Assembly (NCBI GenBank): GCA_033852415.1
Contig: JAWOMQ010000179.1
Span: forward strand, 1 to 40,366
DNA length: 40,366 bases
From: Bacteroidota bacterium
GTDB lineage: Bacteria; Bacteroidota; Ignavibacteria; UBA10030; SZUA-254
Direction of reading: 5' to 3'
Of this stretch, positions 15,944 to 25,488 are shown in pieces (position 1 is the stretch's first letter; every line of letters begins with the position of its first letter). A program made the translations under genes and the position numbers. The notes under the pieces were generated by a model. That model had not been told where the DNA came from and did not search any database. It worked only from the letters and a program-made list of their open reading frames with translations.

Positions 15944-17573
15944 GCGTGCTGACAAGTTCCTTTTCCATCTCAAACACCTGACTCACAACCTCGTCAACGA
16001 TGGGCTGAGTGAATTCGTTCTTGAGGATGATTGTGTTGCCGATTTGTTTGATTGTCTCGAGGGGCGGCAAGGGCATCTCACGCAGTTCTGTGGCACTTAC
16101 GTTGATATTTCCGTTGAACGTTCTGAAGTAAGTATCAAACAGGCTGCTATTGAGTAATGCTGCAAGGCCGATGATCTCGTTACGGTCCAAGTGGCCGCTT
16201 GGTCGGTAAATATAGTTCAAGTGATTCTCGACACCGATAACATCGGCCTCAACGGTGTCGGCGAAATACGGCGTAGCCACTAGTCTGCTTTTGTCATCCT
16301 TGGAACTAAATCGGCGAAGGAAAATGTAGTTCTTGTTAGGAATCAGCAAAGACAGAGACTTTTCGCAAACCTCGATGTACTCACCTTTGCCGATTTTGTG
16401 GAGTGGCCACGTTAGCCTCATCTGGGAAGCGTTGTGTAGCCAATAGAGTGGGGCTAGCGATATCGCCATCGTGGGCTCGCCATGGATGAATCTCTTCGCT
16501 CTGAAGCAAACGACTGGTCCAGTAGAGATTTGGATGCTGTAAGCATTTAGACTTCCTAGCCATGATCTGAAAAGGCGAATGACATTGGCCTCGTAATCAG
16601 AACAGGGCAAGTGCAGAATCTTCTGATGGGAGCTAATATCTAACAACTCGTCCATATGGAACTTTTGAACCCTTCGGGACTCTAAATCTCTGAGCCCCTG
16701 TGAAAAGGAGACAGTGATCGCAGGTCGCTTCCCGTTTGCCTTCATGCGCCGGGCTGAGATAACGACATTCTCTTGTAAAACATCATCCTTCAGGAACGCT
16801 TCTTTTCTCGAGTCGAAGAGGTGAACGGCATCAAGTTGAACGAGCGAGAAAAACTTGGCACGGAACAGTCTGAAATAAAATCCCGATGAAAAGCTGCGGG
16901 GCGTGATAAAGATTAATTGCCCGTTCTCTACCAATAGCGTGGCGGCGATGTACAAGAAGATCGAATAGATGTTGGGTTGTCCGTGAACAACCGCATTGGC
17001 CGCCCTCGCTCTGGCATCCTCCTTTGGGAGCTTGAAATAGGGGGGGTTTGAGATGATGAGATCAAAATAGTCCCTGCTTCGTTCCTGATTTTCAAGAGTG
17101 TCGGAGTTGGAAAGCAGGAAATCGTCGGAGAGAATAGTGAAGTCAATTTCGACATTGTGATGAGCTAGCCACTTCTTGAGGTAGGACAACGATTGATGAG
17201 CAAGTGGAATCAATTCGTGGTCAGTTTCATAGGCCACGACCACTATCTTTGATAGATGTTTATGAGAATTCTGGAGTCGCTCTGATAACGCGCACGTGAG
17301 GATCGCTACGCCGCAACCCGGATCAAGGATTCTGATTGTTGACTTGCTGCAGAGACTCAGGCTTGCCATGAACCTGGCGAGGTCGGCGGGAGTAAAGAAC
17401 TGACCATGTTGTTTTTTGTACTCGTCCGAGACTTGAGATGAATAATATCTTCCCAGTCTCTCAGCAAACGAACTAGGCAATTCCTCTTTGAGTGGCGATA
17501 GCTTATCGCCAATCCCAAAATCGACGGGATTCGTGGTGATTTTTGGCGCCATGGGTAATGGTTCTCGTTTCAT
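15936..17573 (-). CDS. N6-adenine DNA methyltransferase (gamma class, M.BsuBI/M.PstI/Eco57I-like)
   Basis: GQFFTP, ILDPGCGVAIL, ISNPPY, FITPRSF, VLQEN, RRFSSK, ENHLN; start uncertain (17582/17573/17552). Confidence 0.93.
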   Translation of the reverse strand: MKREPLPMAPKITTNPVDFGIGDKLSPLKEELPSSFAERLGRYYSSQVSDEYKKQHGQFFTPADLARFMASLSLCSKSTIRILDPGCGVAILTCALSERLQNSHKHLSKIVVVAYETDHELIPLAHQSLSYLKKWLAHHNVEIDFTILSDDFLLSNSDTLENQERSRDYFDLIISNPPYFKLPKEDARARAANAVVHGQPNIYSIFLYIAATLLVENGQLIFITPRSFSSGFYFRLFRAKFFSLVQLDAVHLFDSRKEAFLKDDVLQENVVISARRMKANGKRPAITVSFSQGLRDLESRRVQKFHMDELLDISSHQKILHLPCSDYEANVIRLFRSWLGSLNAYSIQISTGPVVCFRAKRFIHGEPTMAISLAPLYWLHNASQMRLTWPLHKIGKGEYIEVCEKSLSLLIPNKNYIFLRRFSSKDDKSRLVATPYFADTVEADVIGVENHLNYIYRPSGHLDRNEIIGLAALLNSSLFDTYFRTFNGNINVSATELREMPLPPLETIKQIGNTIILKNEFTQPIVDEVVSQVFEMEKELVSTHE

Positions 17574-17629
17574 AGGTGACAAAAATATTGAGCGGCTCCC
17601 ATACGCTGCATTTTCCCACTCATGGGATT

Positions 17630-17658
17630 AGTATATGAAATTTTGATAATTTTAGCAA
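17630..17658 (-). promoter_or_regulatory. Putative sigma70 promoter of the R-M operon
   Basis: Minus strand TTGCTA-N17-TATACT. Confidence 0.6.
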
Positions 17659-17778
17659 TCAAGATTCGCGTCGTACACCGATCTCACAATGCTCGTCAGG
17701 GTAACAAAGGTGCTCTCGGTTCAAGTTGGTTTTGACATTTTCGGTATGTAAATTTCACCATCGACAGGATGGTGCCTC

Positions 17779-17940
17779 GTGCATAAAACCAAAACTATTC
17801 GTATCGGGATAAGAGTTTCAACCGAAGACCAGGTCAAGGGCGAGAGTTCGGGACATCGTGAGATGCAGGTACGTGGCTCCACGATGGCGCGAATTGAGTA
17901 TTGGTTCCTGTCGAAGATGCTGCTATCCACTGCAATTTAA
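17779..17940 (+). pseudogene. Remnant of a serine recombinase 5' end (paralogous to 18705-18803)
   Basis: Translates (V/M)[32 protein letters not shown] versus integrase [33 protein letters not shown]; similarity ends ~17877, stop at 17938-17940. Confidence 0.85.
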
Positions 17941-17958
17941 ACTTCTAAAGGAAGGTTC

Positions 17959-18654
17959 TTGAAAAGCAAAAGTGACCAATTTCTTACTCTGAGCATTGAT
18001 GAGGCAGAGAACGGCATTAATAAATGCCTTGAGACTGCCAGGAGACTCGTTAGGGCGGCGAAACTTCTTTGCGACGCTCAATATTTTGAGATTGCATCAT
18101 TTCTCCTTTGTGCGGCGATTGATGAGACTGGAAAGGCTTACCTTCTCTTGGATTTCCAAGACGAAAAATTTGAGAATAGACCAGAGAGTGTACGAAACCT
18201 CGCGAGCTCATTTTTTGAGCACGTCGACAAACTTGAATCGGCCCTTGAAGCCGTGAGGACTCTTGAATCGCGCATTGAGTCAGTCCTCAAATTAAAATCG
18301 GAATGCAACTCGTCACCTGAAATCGTGGAGGCGATCCGCGAGCTCACCGGTGGATTCACGCCGCTGGCGGTCAGAGATGAGGCTAAAAAGACATTTCGTC
18401 GCCCGAACGAGTTTCTCTACACCGACTACCAGAAAGACAAGTTCATCATCCCGAAATGTCAGGCGACGTTGTCGGGATACCAAGCCCTTCTTAAATGCGC
18501 TGAGAAAGCCGTTACACTTGCTGAGTTTGAAAGGTTCCGGGATAAAGTATTTCGATTGAGAGGAGCGTCACGAGAAACGGTTAGCAAGATTTTCCTTGAG
18601 AGTTTGCCAGAGCTCATGGAGGTAGTACGGAAACAGCGGGCCCCGTGCAAATAG
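17959..18654 (+). CDS. AbiV-family (HEPN-like) abortive infection protein
   Basis: A.RL..AA.LL....F.IA.FL...AIDETGKAYLL, FFEHVDK and R.NEFLYTD pattern; TTG start with GGAAGG RBS. Confidence 0.72.
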   Translation: MKSKSDQFLTLSIDEAENGINKCLETARRLVRAAKLLCDAQYFEIASFLLCAAIDETGKAYLLLDFQDEKFENRPESVRNLASSFFEHVDKLESALEAVRTLESRIESVLKLKSECNSSPEIVEAIRELTGGFTPLAVRDEAKKTFRRPNEFLYTDYQKDKFIIPKCQATLSGYQALLKCAEKAVTLAEFERFRDKVFRLRGASRETVSKIFLESLPELMEVVRKQRAPCK

Positions 18655-18704
18655 CCGCAAAGAATTTTGTCGATTATGGGATGAAATCACTTTAACAGGT
18701 ATCA

Positions 18705-20204
18705 ATGGAGAACACGAAAAATATCGGGATCTGGATCCGGGTCTCAACTGAGGACCAGGTAAAAGGCGAAAGCCCGGAACATCATGAGAAGCGGGCACGT
18801 GGGTATGCGGAGTCGCGCGGCTGGGAAATGAAAGAGATATATCGGCTTGAAGCTGTCAGCGGTAAGTCGGTCATGGAGCATCCCGAGACAAAGCGGATGC
18901 TCTCCGACATCCGGTCTCAGAAAATTACGGGGCTTATCTTCTCAAAGCTTGCTCGTCTTGCCCGGAACACCAAGGAACTCTTGGAGTTTGCTGAAATCTT
19001 CAACCAATGCCATGCCGATCTTATATCCCTCCAAGAAGCAATCGACACCACTACCCCGGCCGGTCGCCTTTTTTATACGATGATCGCTGCAATGGCACAG
19101 TGGGAAAGGGAAGAAATAGCCGAACGTGTTGCAGCCTCCGTGCCAATTCGAGCAAAGCTTGGCAAGCCGTTGGGGGGAGCGGCTCCATACGGTTATCAGT
19201 GGGTCGAGAAGAAACTTGTTCCCGATCCCAAAGAAGCTCCCGTCCGGAAACTCATCTTTGAACTCTTTCTTGAACATCGAAGGAAGAAGAAGGTTGCGCG
19301 TCTCTTAAGCGAGAAGGGGTATCGTACGAGGAACGGAGGCGCGTTTTCCGATACCACCATCGAGCGGCTTATCCGCGACCCCATCGCCAAGGGCATGCGC
19401 CGTGCCAATTACACCAAGAGCCTTGGCGCAAAGAAGAATTGGGTCATGAAGCCGGAATCTGAGTGGGTCTTTACGAATGTTGAGGGGATTGTCTCACAGG
19501 ATTTGTGGGATCAATGCAACCGCATCTTAGATGAGCAACGGAATGGCCGGAAAGCTCCCGGCCCCAAGCCGGTGCATCTCTTTACCGGAGTCGTCTATTG
19601 CACGTGTGGCGCAAAAATGCGCGTCCCTTCTAATTCACCGAAGTATATCTGCCGAAAATGTAAGACAAAGGTAGGAGTGCCGGACTTGGAGACCGTCTTC
19701 CATGAGCAATTGAAGAACTTCTTCTTCTCCGAGGAAGAGATTACAAATCACCTCCAGCAAGCCGATGAACGTATTAAAGAGAAAGAAGAGCTACTGGAGA
19801 GCCTTACAAGCGAAGCGAAGAAGCTCAACGCCGAAATGGATCGCATGATGCGACTCTATCTCGACGGAGAGCTTCCCAAAGAGGGTTTTGGGAAGCGCTA
19901 CAACCCCCTGGATCAACGGGTGAAACAAATCGAGGATCAAATCCCAGAGTTACAGGGTGAAGTGGACTTTCTGAAGATACAACTGCTCTCCAAAGACGAA
20001 GTAATCAGTGAAGCGAGGGACCTATATGGCCGTTGGACAAGGTTATCTGCGGGAGAGAAGAGAAAGATCGTTGAAACCATAATTGGCAAAATCACAGTCG
20101 GGAATGAAGAAATCTCTATAAATTTAAGCTACATGCCTTCGTCTGCTGAAATGATGTCAGAAAGGCAACACAACGTCATGGGTTCATCGCACAGACAAGC
20201 ATAA
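18705..20204 (+). CDS. Large serine recombinase (integrase)
   Basis: IRVSTEDQ (catalytic Ser), [26 protein letters not shown], zinc ribbon CTCG...YICRKC, coiled coil. Confidence 0.96.
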   Translation: MENTKNIGIWIRVSTEDQVKGESPEHHEKRARGYAESRGWEMKEIYRLEAVSGKSVMEHPETKRMLSDIRSQKITGLIFSKLARLARNTKELLEFAEIFNQCHADLISLQEAIDTTTPAGRLFYTMIAAMAQWEREEIAERVAASVPIRAKLGKPLGGAAPYGYQWVEKKLVPDPKEAPVRKLIFELFLEHRRKKKVARLLSEKGYRTRNGGAFSDTTIERLIRDPIAKGMRRANYTKSLGAKKNWVMKPESEWVFTNVEGIVSQDLWDQCNRILDEQRNGRKAPGPKPVHLFTGVVYCTCGAKMRVPSNSPKYICRKCKTKVGVPDLETVFHEQLKNFFFSEEEITNHLQQADERIKEKEELLESLTSEAKKLNAEMDRMMRLYLDGELPKEGFGKRYNPLDQRVKQIEDQIPELQGEVDFLKIQLLSKDEVISEARDLYGRWTRLSAGEKRKIVETIIGKITVGNEEISINLSYMPSSAEMMSERQHNVMGSSHRQA

Positions 20205-21234
20205 AATTTGCCGGATAGTCTACACTCATTTTTGATCGGCTGATTGTTACTTTATTGTCTTCGAGGGGCTGCCGGAGGACCTCGAGCACATTCCGCGCAA
20301 ATTCCGGTAGCTCGTCGAGAAACAATACCCCATGATGGGCAAGCGAGATTTCCCCTGGCCGGGGAATAGTGCCGCCCCCGACCAGAGCGCTGTCGGATAT
20401 TGTATGGTGCGGAGATCGATAAGGACGGGTCGTAATGAGCGACCGACTTCCGGAAACCAGACCTGCGACCGAATGAATTTTCGTCGTCTCGATGGCTTCA
20501 TCAAACGTCATCGGCGGCAGTATTGACGGCAGCCGCTTTGCCAGCATGGTCTTTCCTGATCCTGGTGGTCCGATCATAATGATGTTGTGGCCGCCGGCCG
20601 CCGCGACTTCAAGCGCGCGCTTGACGTTCTCCTGTCCTTTGACATCGCTGAAATCTGACGAGTATCTTGGGTTTGCTTCGAAAACTGTTCTTATGTCGAT
20701 GGTATAGGGCTTGAGCAGCTCGTGCTCCCCGTTTAGGAAGGATATAGTTTCACGCAGCGATTCCAATGGATAAATCTCGATGCCTTCGATGATCGCTGCT
20801 TCATTTGCGTTCTCCTTCGGTAAGATCAGACCCCGGATCTTTTGGTTTTTGAGTTCCAGGGTGATTGGCAAAATCCCGTGCACAGGTCGTAAAGTGCCGT
20901 CGAGAGCAAGTTCACCGATCAGCGCAATTTTGTTCAACTGTGTCAGAGACACCTGCGATGTGGCCGCGAGAATCCCCACAGCTATCGGCAGATCGAATGA
21001 GGATCCCTCTTTCCGGAAACCGGCTGGGGCGAGATTAACCGTCATCCGTTGCCCGGGGAATTTAAACCCCGAGGTTTTGATTGCCGCGAACACCCTGTCG
21101 CGGCTTTCTTTGACGGAGCTGTCAGGTAGCCCCACGACTGTGTAGGTGTGGAGCGCGGGCGCGATATGAATCTCTACTTCAACAACGTGGGCATCAATTC
21201 CGTAGGTGGTCGAACTTATGAGATGCGAGAACAT
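20176..21234 (-). pseudogene. comM: comM/yifB (Mg-chelatase-like AAA+ helicase), 5' part, interrupted by the element
   Basis: [50 protein letters not shown]; ends at AMNP-stop where CPCG normally follows; GGAGG RBS before ATG 21234. Confidence 0.93.
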
Positions 21235-21399
21235 TGCAGTTATCCTCCCTGTGGCAACCAAAAAGCGAAATCTTCAAACAAATTCAGAATTCGAAGATTT
21301 ACTCCCGATTATATACTAACTATTTCTATAAGAATCAAATGCTTTTTTCACCCTTTTATTGCTTTTAGAAGTACTTTTCGTTATCATAAATCATACCTG

Positions 21400-23739
21400 A
21401 TGATGCCTGTGGGTCCGATATCACGTCCAAGAAGTTCCTCGCGGTACAGGACGAGTTTTCCGCGAAAATCCATTCCCGCCGTCGTGCTACTTCTGCTGTT
21501 CGCAAGTTGTTCATTCTACCGGGATCTTACCGGATATTTTAACACGTACTATAATTCCAAAAAGCTCTTCGACGACGCTGTCAACGAAGTCCTGCAATCG
21601 CCGCAGAAAGATCAGGACACAAACTATTTTGCGCCGTATGCTATTTCTGCCTCGACGGCTAAGAAGTTTGACAGCGTTATTGTGAAGTGTTCGCGACTTA
21701 TCCAGTTCTATCCCACGACCCGATGGGTCGTGAACGGAATTCTCATGATCGGAGAGGCATACGAATACCAGGGTGAAAGTGAATCTGCCATAAGGAAATT
21801 CAAAGAGCTTCTCGCCAATTTTCCAGCAAGTGATCAACGGTTCGAAGCGCGGCTCTGGATGGCGAAGGCCGAATATCACCAGAGGAATCAGGACGAGGCG
21901 CTGAACATTCTCAAGGAACTCTTTCCGGAACTGCGTTCCGAAGGCAAGACAGACCTCTTACTTGAATCGTTGATGCTTCAGGCTCAGATCTACACCGACA
22001 GAAATGAATTCGATCAGGCGTCACAGGCTTACGCACTTGCCTGCGAAGTCCCCGGCGATGATGCCATGAGATCGTTTGCCCAGTATCAGTATGGGACGGT
22101 TCTTGAAAAACTTGGCGACAAAGAAAAGGCGGCAGGCGCATTCATGCGGGTTCTCAAGTTTAGTCCCACGTTCGCCCTGGAATTCAGGGCGCGACTGCGG
22201 GCGGGGATGATGATGAACCAGGGCAAGCATCCGGAAGCCGCACTGAAAATTCTGAATGATCTTAATGACGAACCGCTCAAGCCTGAAGAACACGGGCTTG
22301 TCGACCTTGAGATCGCGAATACCTATCGCTCGATTGGCGACACGGCAACCGCCTTTCCGATTTACAATCTGATTGATACAACGTTCAAGCATACGGAGGC
22401 TTCTGCGAGAAGTATGTATGAGCGGGGGCGGTACTACGAAAAAGTTGCCCGGGATTTCAAAACCGCGCGCATCTATTATGCGAAATCCCGCGGGGAGAGT
22501 CAGGCGCTGAATATCAGCGAAACCGCCGCAAGGAAAGCCACGGACTTTGCCAGGTATTTCGTTCTGATGGATGATGTTAACAGGTTTACCGCTTCACTCC
22601 ATAAAGACTCGGCAAATCAGGTCCACCTCGGCACCGATACGGTCGAGATTGCTCCACCCTCCGAAACCCTGCTTCTCGACAATGAATTGCTCGCCGCCGA
22701 AGCCCGCAATTCGACAGGATATCGTCCACCGGAAGGGCTCTCTTCGCCCTCTCAATATGCAGCCCAGGGTGCAACTGTCGGTGGTAGTGAGGCATATAGA
22801 AGGCGGCACATGGACAGAGACCTGGTGAGCGACGATGAAGACTCAGCACTGCCGGCTGACATGGCTGCAATGGTGAACGACACGAGTCGATCCGCAAAAT
22901 CTGACTCACTGGGTCGTTTTGCAAAGCCGCGTCAGGTCAAAACCTCCATGCTGCTGACCGTTGACTCGGTTCACTCTCTTCTCGCCCAGTCGTACTATGA
23001 ACTCGGAGCGCTCTTCTTTCTCGAACTGAACGAACCCGATTCTGCAATTTATTGGTACAACCGCGCGCTTGAGGAGTTTCCCTCGTCGCACTATACAGCT
23101 CGCACGTATTATGCGCTGGCTGCCGTTTATGCTCCTTCAGATTCAACGGTTGCCGATTCCCTCGATAAAATAATTCTGGACAAGTACGGCGAGACTGAAT
23201 ACGCCAACGAGCTGAAATCTCTCAAAGGTATCAAAGCGGGCGAAAAGATTATCGATCCGATCGTTTTCAAGTACGACCATGCTGAGAGTACACTCGTTCA
23301 AGGAAATGTCGACGAAGCCATCAGACAGTTTGAATCACTCGCTCTCCACAAACCACGGCATCAGCTGAGCACAAAATCCGCCTACGCAGTCGGATGGATT
23401 TATGAAAATGTCCTTCATAACAATGACAGCGCAGCGTCGTGGTACAAGCGGATGTTGAAGAGCGATTCGACGAGTATTTATGCAATGGCTGTCAGACCGA
23501 AACTTGCCGTGAAAGATAATCCTGAGTATTTGAAGGAACTCCTCAAAACAAAGGAAAACGAGGTTCCGGCAAAGGCCGATAAGACGGCTACCCAGAAAAC
23601 CGTCCCCACCCGGCAGCAAGTGAAGGAGGATGAGAAGGTCAATCAGATCGACGATGAGCAGAACGATGATGAAGAGAAGGATGATGAAGACGTTCCGGAT
23701 ACGACAGCTACTGATGATGACGATAACAACATACCCTGA
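21400..23739 (+). CDS. TPR-repeat lipoprotein, SprE/PorW-like
   Basis: Lipobox LLLLFASC followed by YRDLTGYFNTYYN; many TPR-like helices; acidic tail. Start placed at ATG 21400/21403. Confidence 0.75.
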   Translation: MMPVGPISRPRSSSRYRTSFPRKSIPAVVLLLLFASCSFYRDLTGYFNTYYNSKKLFDDAVNEVLQSPQKDQDTNYFAPYAISASTAKKFDSVIVKCSRLIQFYPTTRWVVNGILMIGEAYEYQGESESAIRKFKELLANFPASDQRFEARLWMAKAEYHQRNQDEALNILKELFPELRSEGKTDLLLESLMLQAQIYTDRNEFDQASQAYALACEVPGDDAMRSFAQYQYGTVLEKLGDKEKAAGAFMRVLKFSPTFALEFRARLRAGMMMNQGKHPEAALKILNDLNDEPLKPEEHGLVDLEIANTYRSIGDTATAFPIYNLIDTTFKHTEASARSMYERGRYYEKVARDFKTARIYYAKSRGESQALNISETAARKATDFARYFVLMDDVNRFTASLHKDSANQVHLGTDTVEIAPPSETLLLDNELLAAEARNSTGYRPPEGLSSPSQYAAQGATVGGSEAYRRRHMDRDLVSDDEDSALPADMAAMVNDTSRSAKSDSLGRFAKPRQVKTSMLLTVDSVHSLLAQSYYELGALFFLELNEPDSAIYWYNRALEEFPSSHYTARTYYALAAVYAPSDSTVADSLDKIILDKYGETEYANELKSLKGIKAGEKIIDPIVFKYDHAESTLVQGNVDEAIRQFESLALHKPRHQLSTKSAYAVGWIYENVLHNNDSAASWYKRMLKSDSTSIYAMAVRPKLAVKDNPEYLKELLKTKENEVPAKADKTATQKTVPTRQQVKEDEKVNQIDDEQNDDEEKDDEDVPDTTATDDDDNNIP

Positions 23740-23754
23740 ACAATCCCGAGTGCG

Positions 23755-24522
23755 ATGATACAGACACAAGCGTCTGTGTTGCAAATCCAAACCGTCGCGC
23801 ACAATCTCCTGACAATTTCATTGTTCGCTCCTGAGGTTTCCCCGCTCGTTCAACCCGGTCAATTTATCAATGTGAAAGTCGGTGACCTCGGTGAACCTCT
23901 CCTGCGCCGCCCATTCTCGGTCTACCAGAGAGAGGGAACAACGCTCCGGATTATTTTCAATATCGTGGGGAGCGGGACGCTGATGCTTTCTCGCATAAAA
24001 CCGGGTGATAATCTCGACATCATCGGCCCCCTCGGACATCCGTTCAATATAGACGAGGATTTCGACACCGCGATTCTCATCGGAGGTGGACTCGGTGTAG
24101 CACCGTTGCCCATGCTGACGGAATTCGTTCGACGAAAGAACAAAAGAATTGTCACATTTCTGGGTGCACGAACAGCCGACCAGTTGGTGCCGACCTACCT
24201 CGAATCTGTCATCGCGTCGACTGATGATGGAAGTGCCGGATTCCATGGGACGGTTGTAGATTGTTTCGAGGATCACTGGCGTCGTCACGAAACTCCCCGG
24301 CCGAAGGTTTTTGCCTGTGGGCCGACGCCGATGCTCAAAGCCCTTGCCCCGGTAACGCGGAAATTTGGAATTCCTTGTGAAGTATCATTGGAAAGTGTCA
24401 TGGCATGCGGCATCGGTATCTGCCAGGGATGCCCCGTGGAGCTGCAGGGCGACCCCAGGAAGTATGCGCTGGTGTGTAAGGATGGTACGGTATTTAACAT
24501 CAATGTAATCCGGTTTTCTTAA
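23755..24522 (+). CDS. pyrK: Dihydroorotate dehydrogenase electron transfer subunit
   Basis: PGQF, LRRPFS, GPLG, GGGLGVAP, ACGP, MACGIGICQGC, VCKDG; adjacent to pyrD. Confidence 0.95.
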   Translation: MIQTQASVLQIQTVAHNLLTISLFAPEVSPLVQPGQFINVKVGDLGEPLLRRPFSVYQREGTTLRIIFNIVGSGTLMLSRIKPGDNLDIIGPLGHPFNIDEDFDTAILIGGGLGVAPLPMLTEFVRRKNKRIVTFLGARTADQLVPTYLESVIASTDDGSAGFHGTVVDCFEDHWRRHETPRPKVFACGPTPMLKALAPVTRKFGIPCEVSLESVMACGIGICQGCPVELQGDPRKYALVCKDGTVFNINVIRFS

Positions 24523-25467
24523 ATGGCTGACTTAAGCGTATCAATAGGGAAGATGGTTCTCGCAAATCCGGTCCTTGTTGCATCCGGCACCTTTGGGTAC
24601 GGCGACGAGTGCCGTGACCTGACAGACATTAACCGCCTCGGTGGTATTGTTACCAAGTCCCTTTCTCTCAAACCACGCGATGGTAACCCGCCGCCCAGAG
24701 TCGCCGAAACCCATTGCGGCATGTTGAATTCAATCGGGCTGGCAAATATCGGCGTGGAACGCTTCATCAAGGAAAAACTTCCTTACCTTCGTTCGATCGT
24801 CTCGAAAAAGATCGTGAATATTGCCGCGAGCAGCATAGACGAGTATTGCACCGTGCTCGAAATTCTCGACCGCGAGGAAGGCATCGACGGCTACGAAATT
24901 AATGTGTCCTGTCCTAATGTGAAGGAAGGAGGTCTGAGCTTCGGCACGGACCGTGCGTTGACCGCGGAAATCACAAAACGACTACGCCGGATCACCAGCA
25001 AGACCCTCATCGTCAAACTTACACCCAACGTCACGCATATCGGTGAGTTTGCCCGTGCAGTCGAAGCCGAGGGGGCAGATGCCGTATCGGTGATCAATAC
25101 ACTCGTCGGCATGGCAATCAATATTCACACGAGAAAGCCAAAATTGTCGACCGCCACGGGAGGCTTGTCAGGTCCGGCGATTAAACCTGTAGCCCTCGCG
25201 AAAGTGTTTGAGGTGGCCCAGGTCGTCTCTATTCCAGTCATTGGTATCGGAGGAATAGTCACTGCGGAAGATGCCATCGAGTTTTTGCTTGCGGGCGCAA
25301 CAGCGATTCAGGTTGGCACTGCGAATTTTGTAGATCCGAATAGTGGCGTCAAGATCCTCGAGGGGCTCCACCAATACTGTGCCCGCTATCGGATTCATGC
25401 CATCGCCGACTGCATTGGGAAGGTGGAAGTCGTACGAGAGACCTCGGTCCTGCATAGCTGGCTCTGA
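24523..25467 (+). CDS. pyrD: Dihydroorotate dehydrogenase family 1B catalytic subunit
   Basis: ASGTFGYG, GNPPPR, MLNSIGL, NVSCPNV, VKLTPN, GGLSG. Confidence 0.97.
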   Translation: MADLSVSIGKMVLANPVLVASGTFGYGDECRDLTDINRLGGIVTKSLSLKPRDGNPPPRVAETHCGMLNSIGLANIGVERFIKEKLPYLRSIVSKKIVNIAASSIDEYCTVLEILDREEGIDGYEINVSCPNVKEGGLSFGTDRALTAEITKRLRRITSKTLIVKLTPNVTHIGEFARAVEAEGADAVSVINTLVGMAINIHTRKPKLSTATGGLSGPAIKPVALAKVFEVAQVVSIPVIGIGGIVTAEDAIEFLLAGATAIQVGTANFVDPNSGVKILEGLHQYCARYRIHAIADCIGKVEVVRETSVLHSWL

Positions 25468-25488
25468 GTTTTATCCCGAGCGCCCGTC

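Larger units (their letters stand above)
1..20178. mobile_element. Integrative element/genomic island inserted in comM; right end (att junction) at ~20177-20187, left end outside the window
   Basis: A large serine recombinase abuts a comM gene truncated exactly at the conserved AMNP|CPCG motif. Accessory/defence cargo (R-M, AbiV, RadC, DUF932, VirD4-like ATPase) lies to the left and housekeeping genes to the right. Confidence 0.9.

Noticed and set aside
20176-20178. comM stop as a simple nonsense mutation or sequencing error
   Set aside because: The sequence beyond the stop is integrase antisense rather than comM (no PCG continuation), which indicates an insertion
21148-21399. N-terminal extension of the TPR ORF
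   Set aside because: It overlaps the comM start and the AT-rich divergent promoter region; the lipoprotein signal points to a start near 21400
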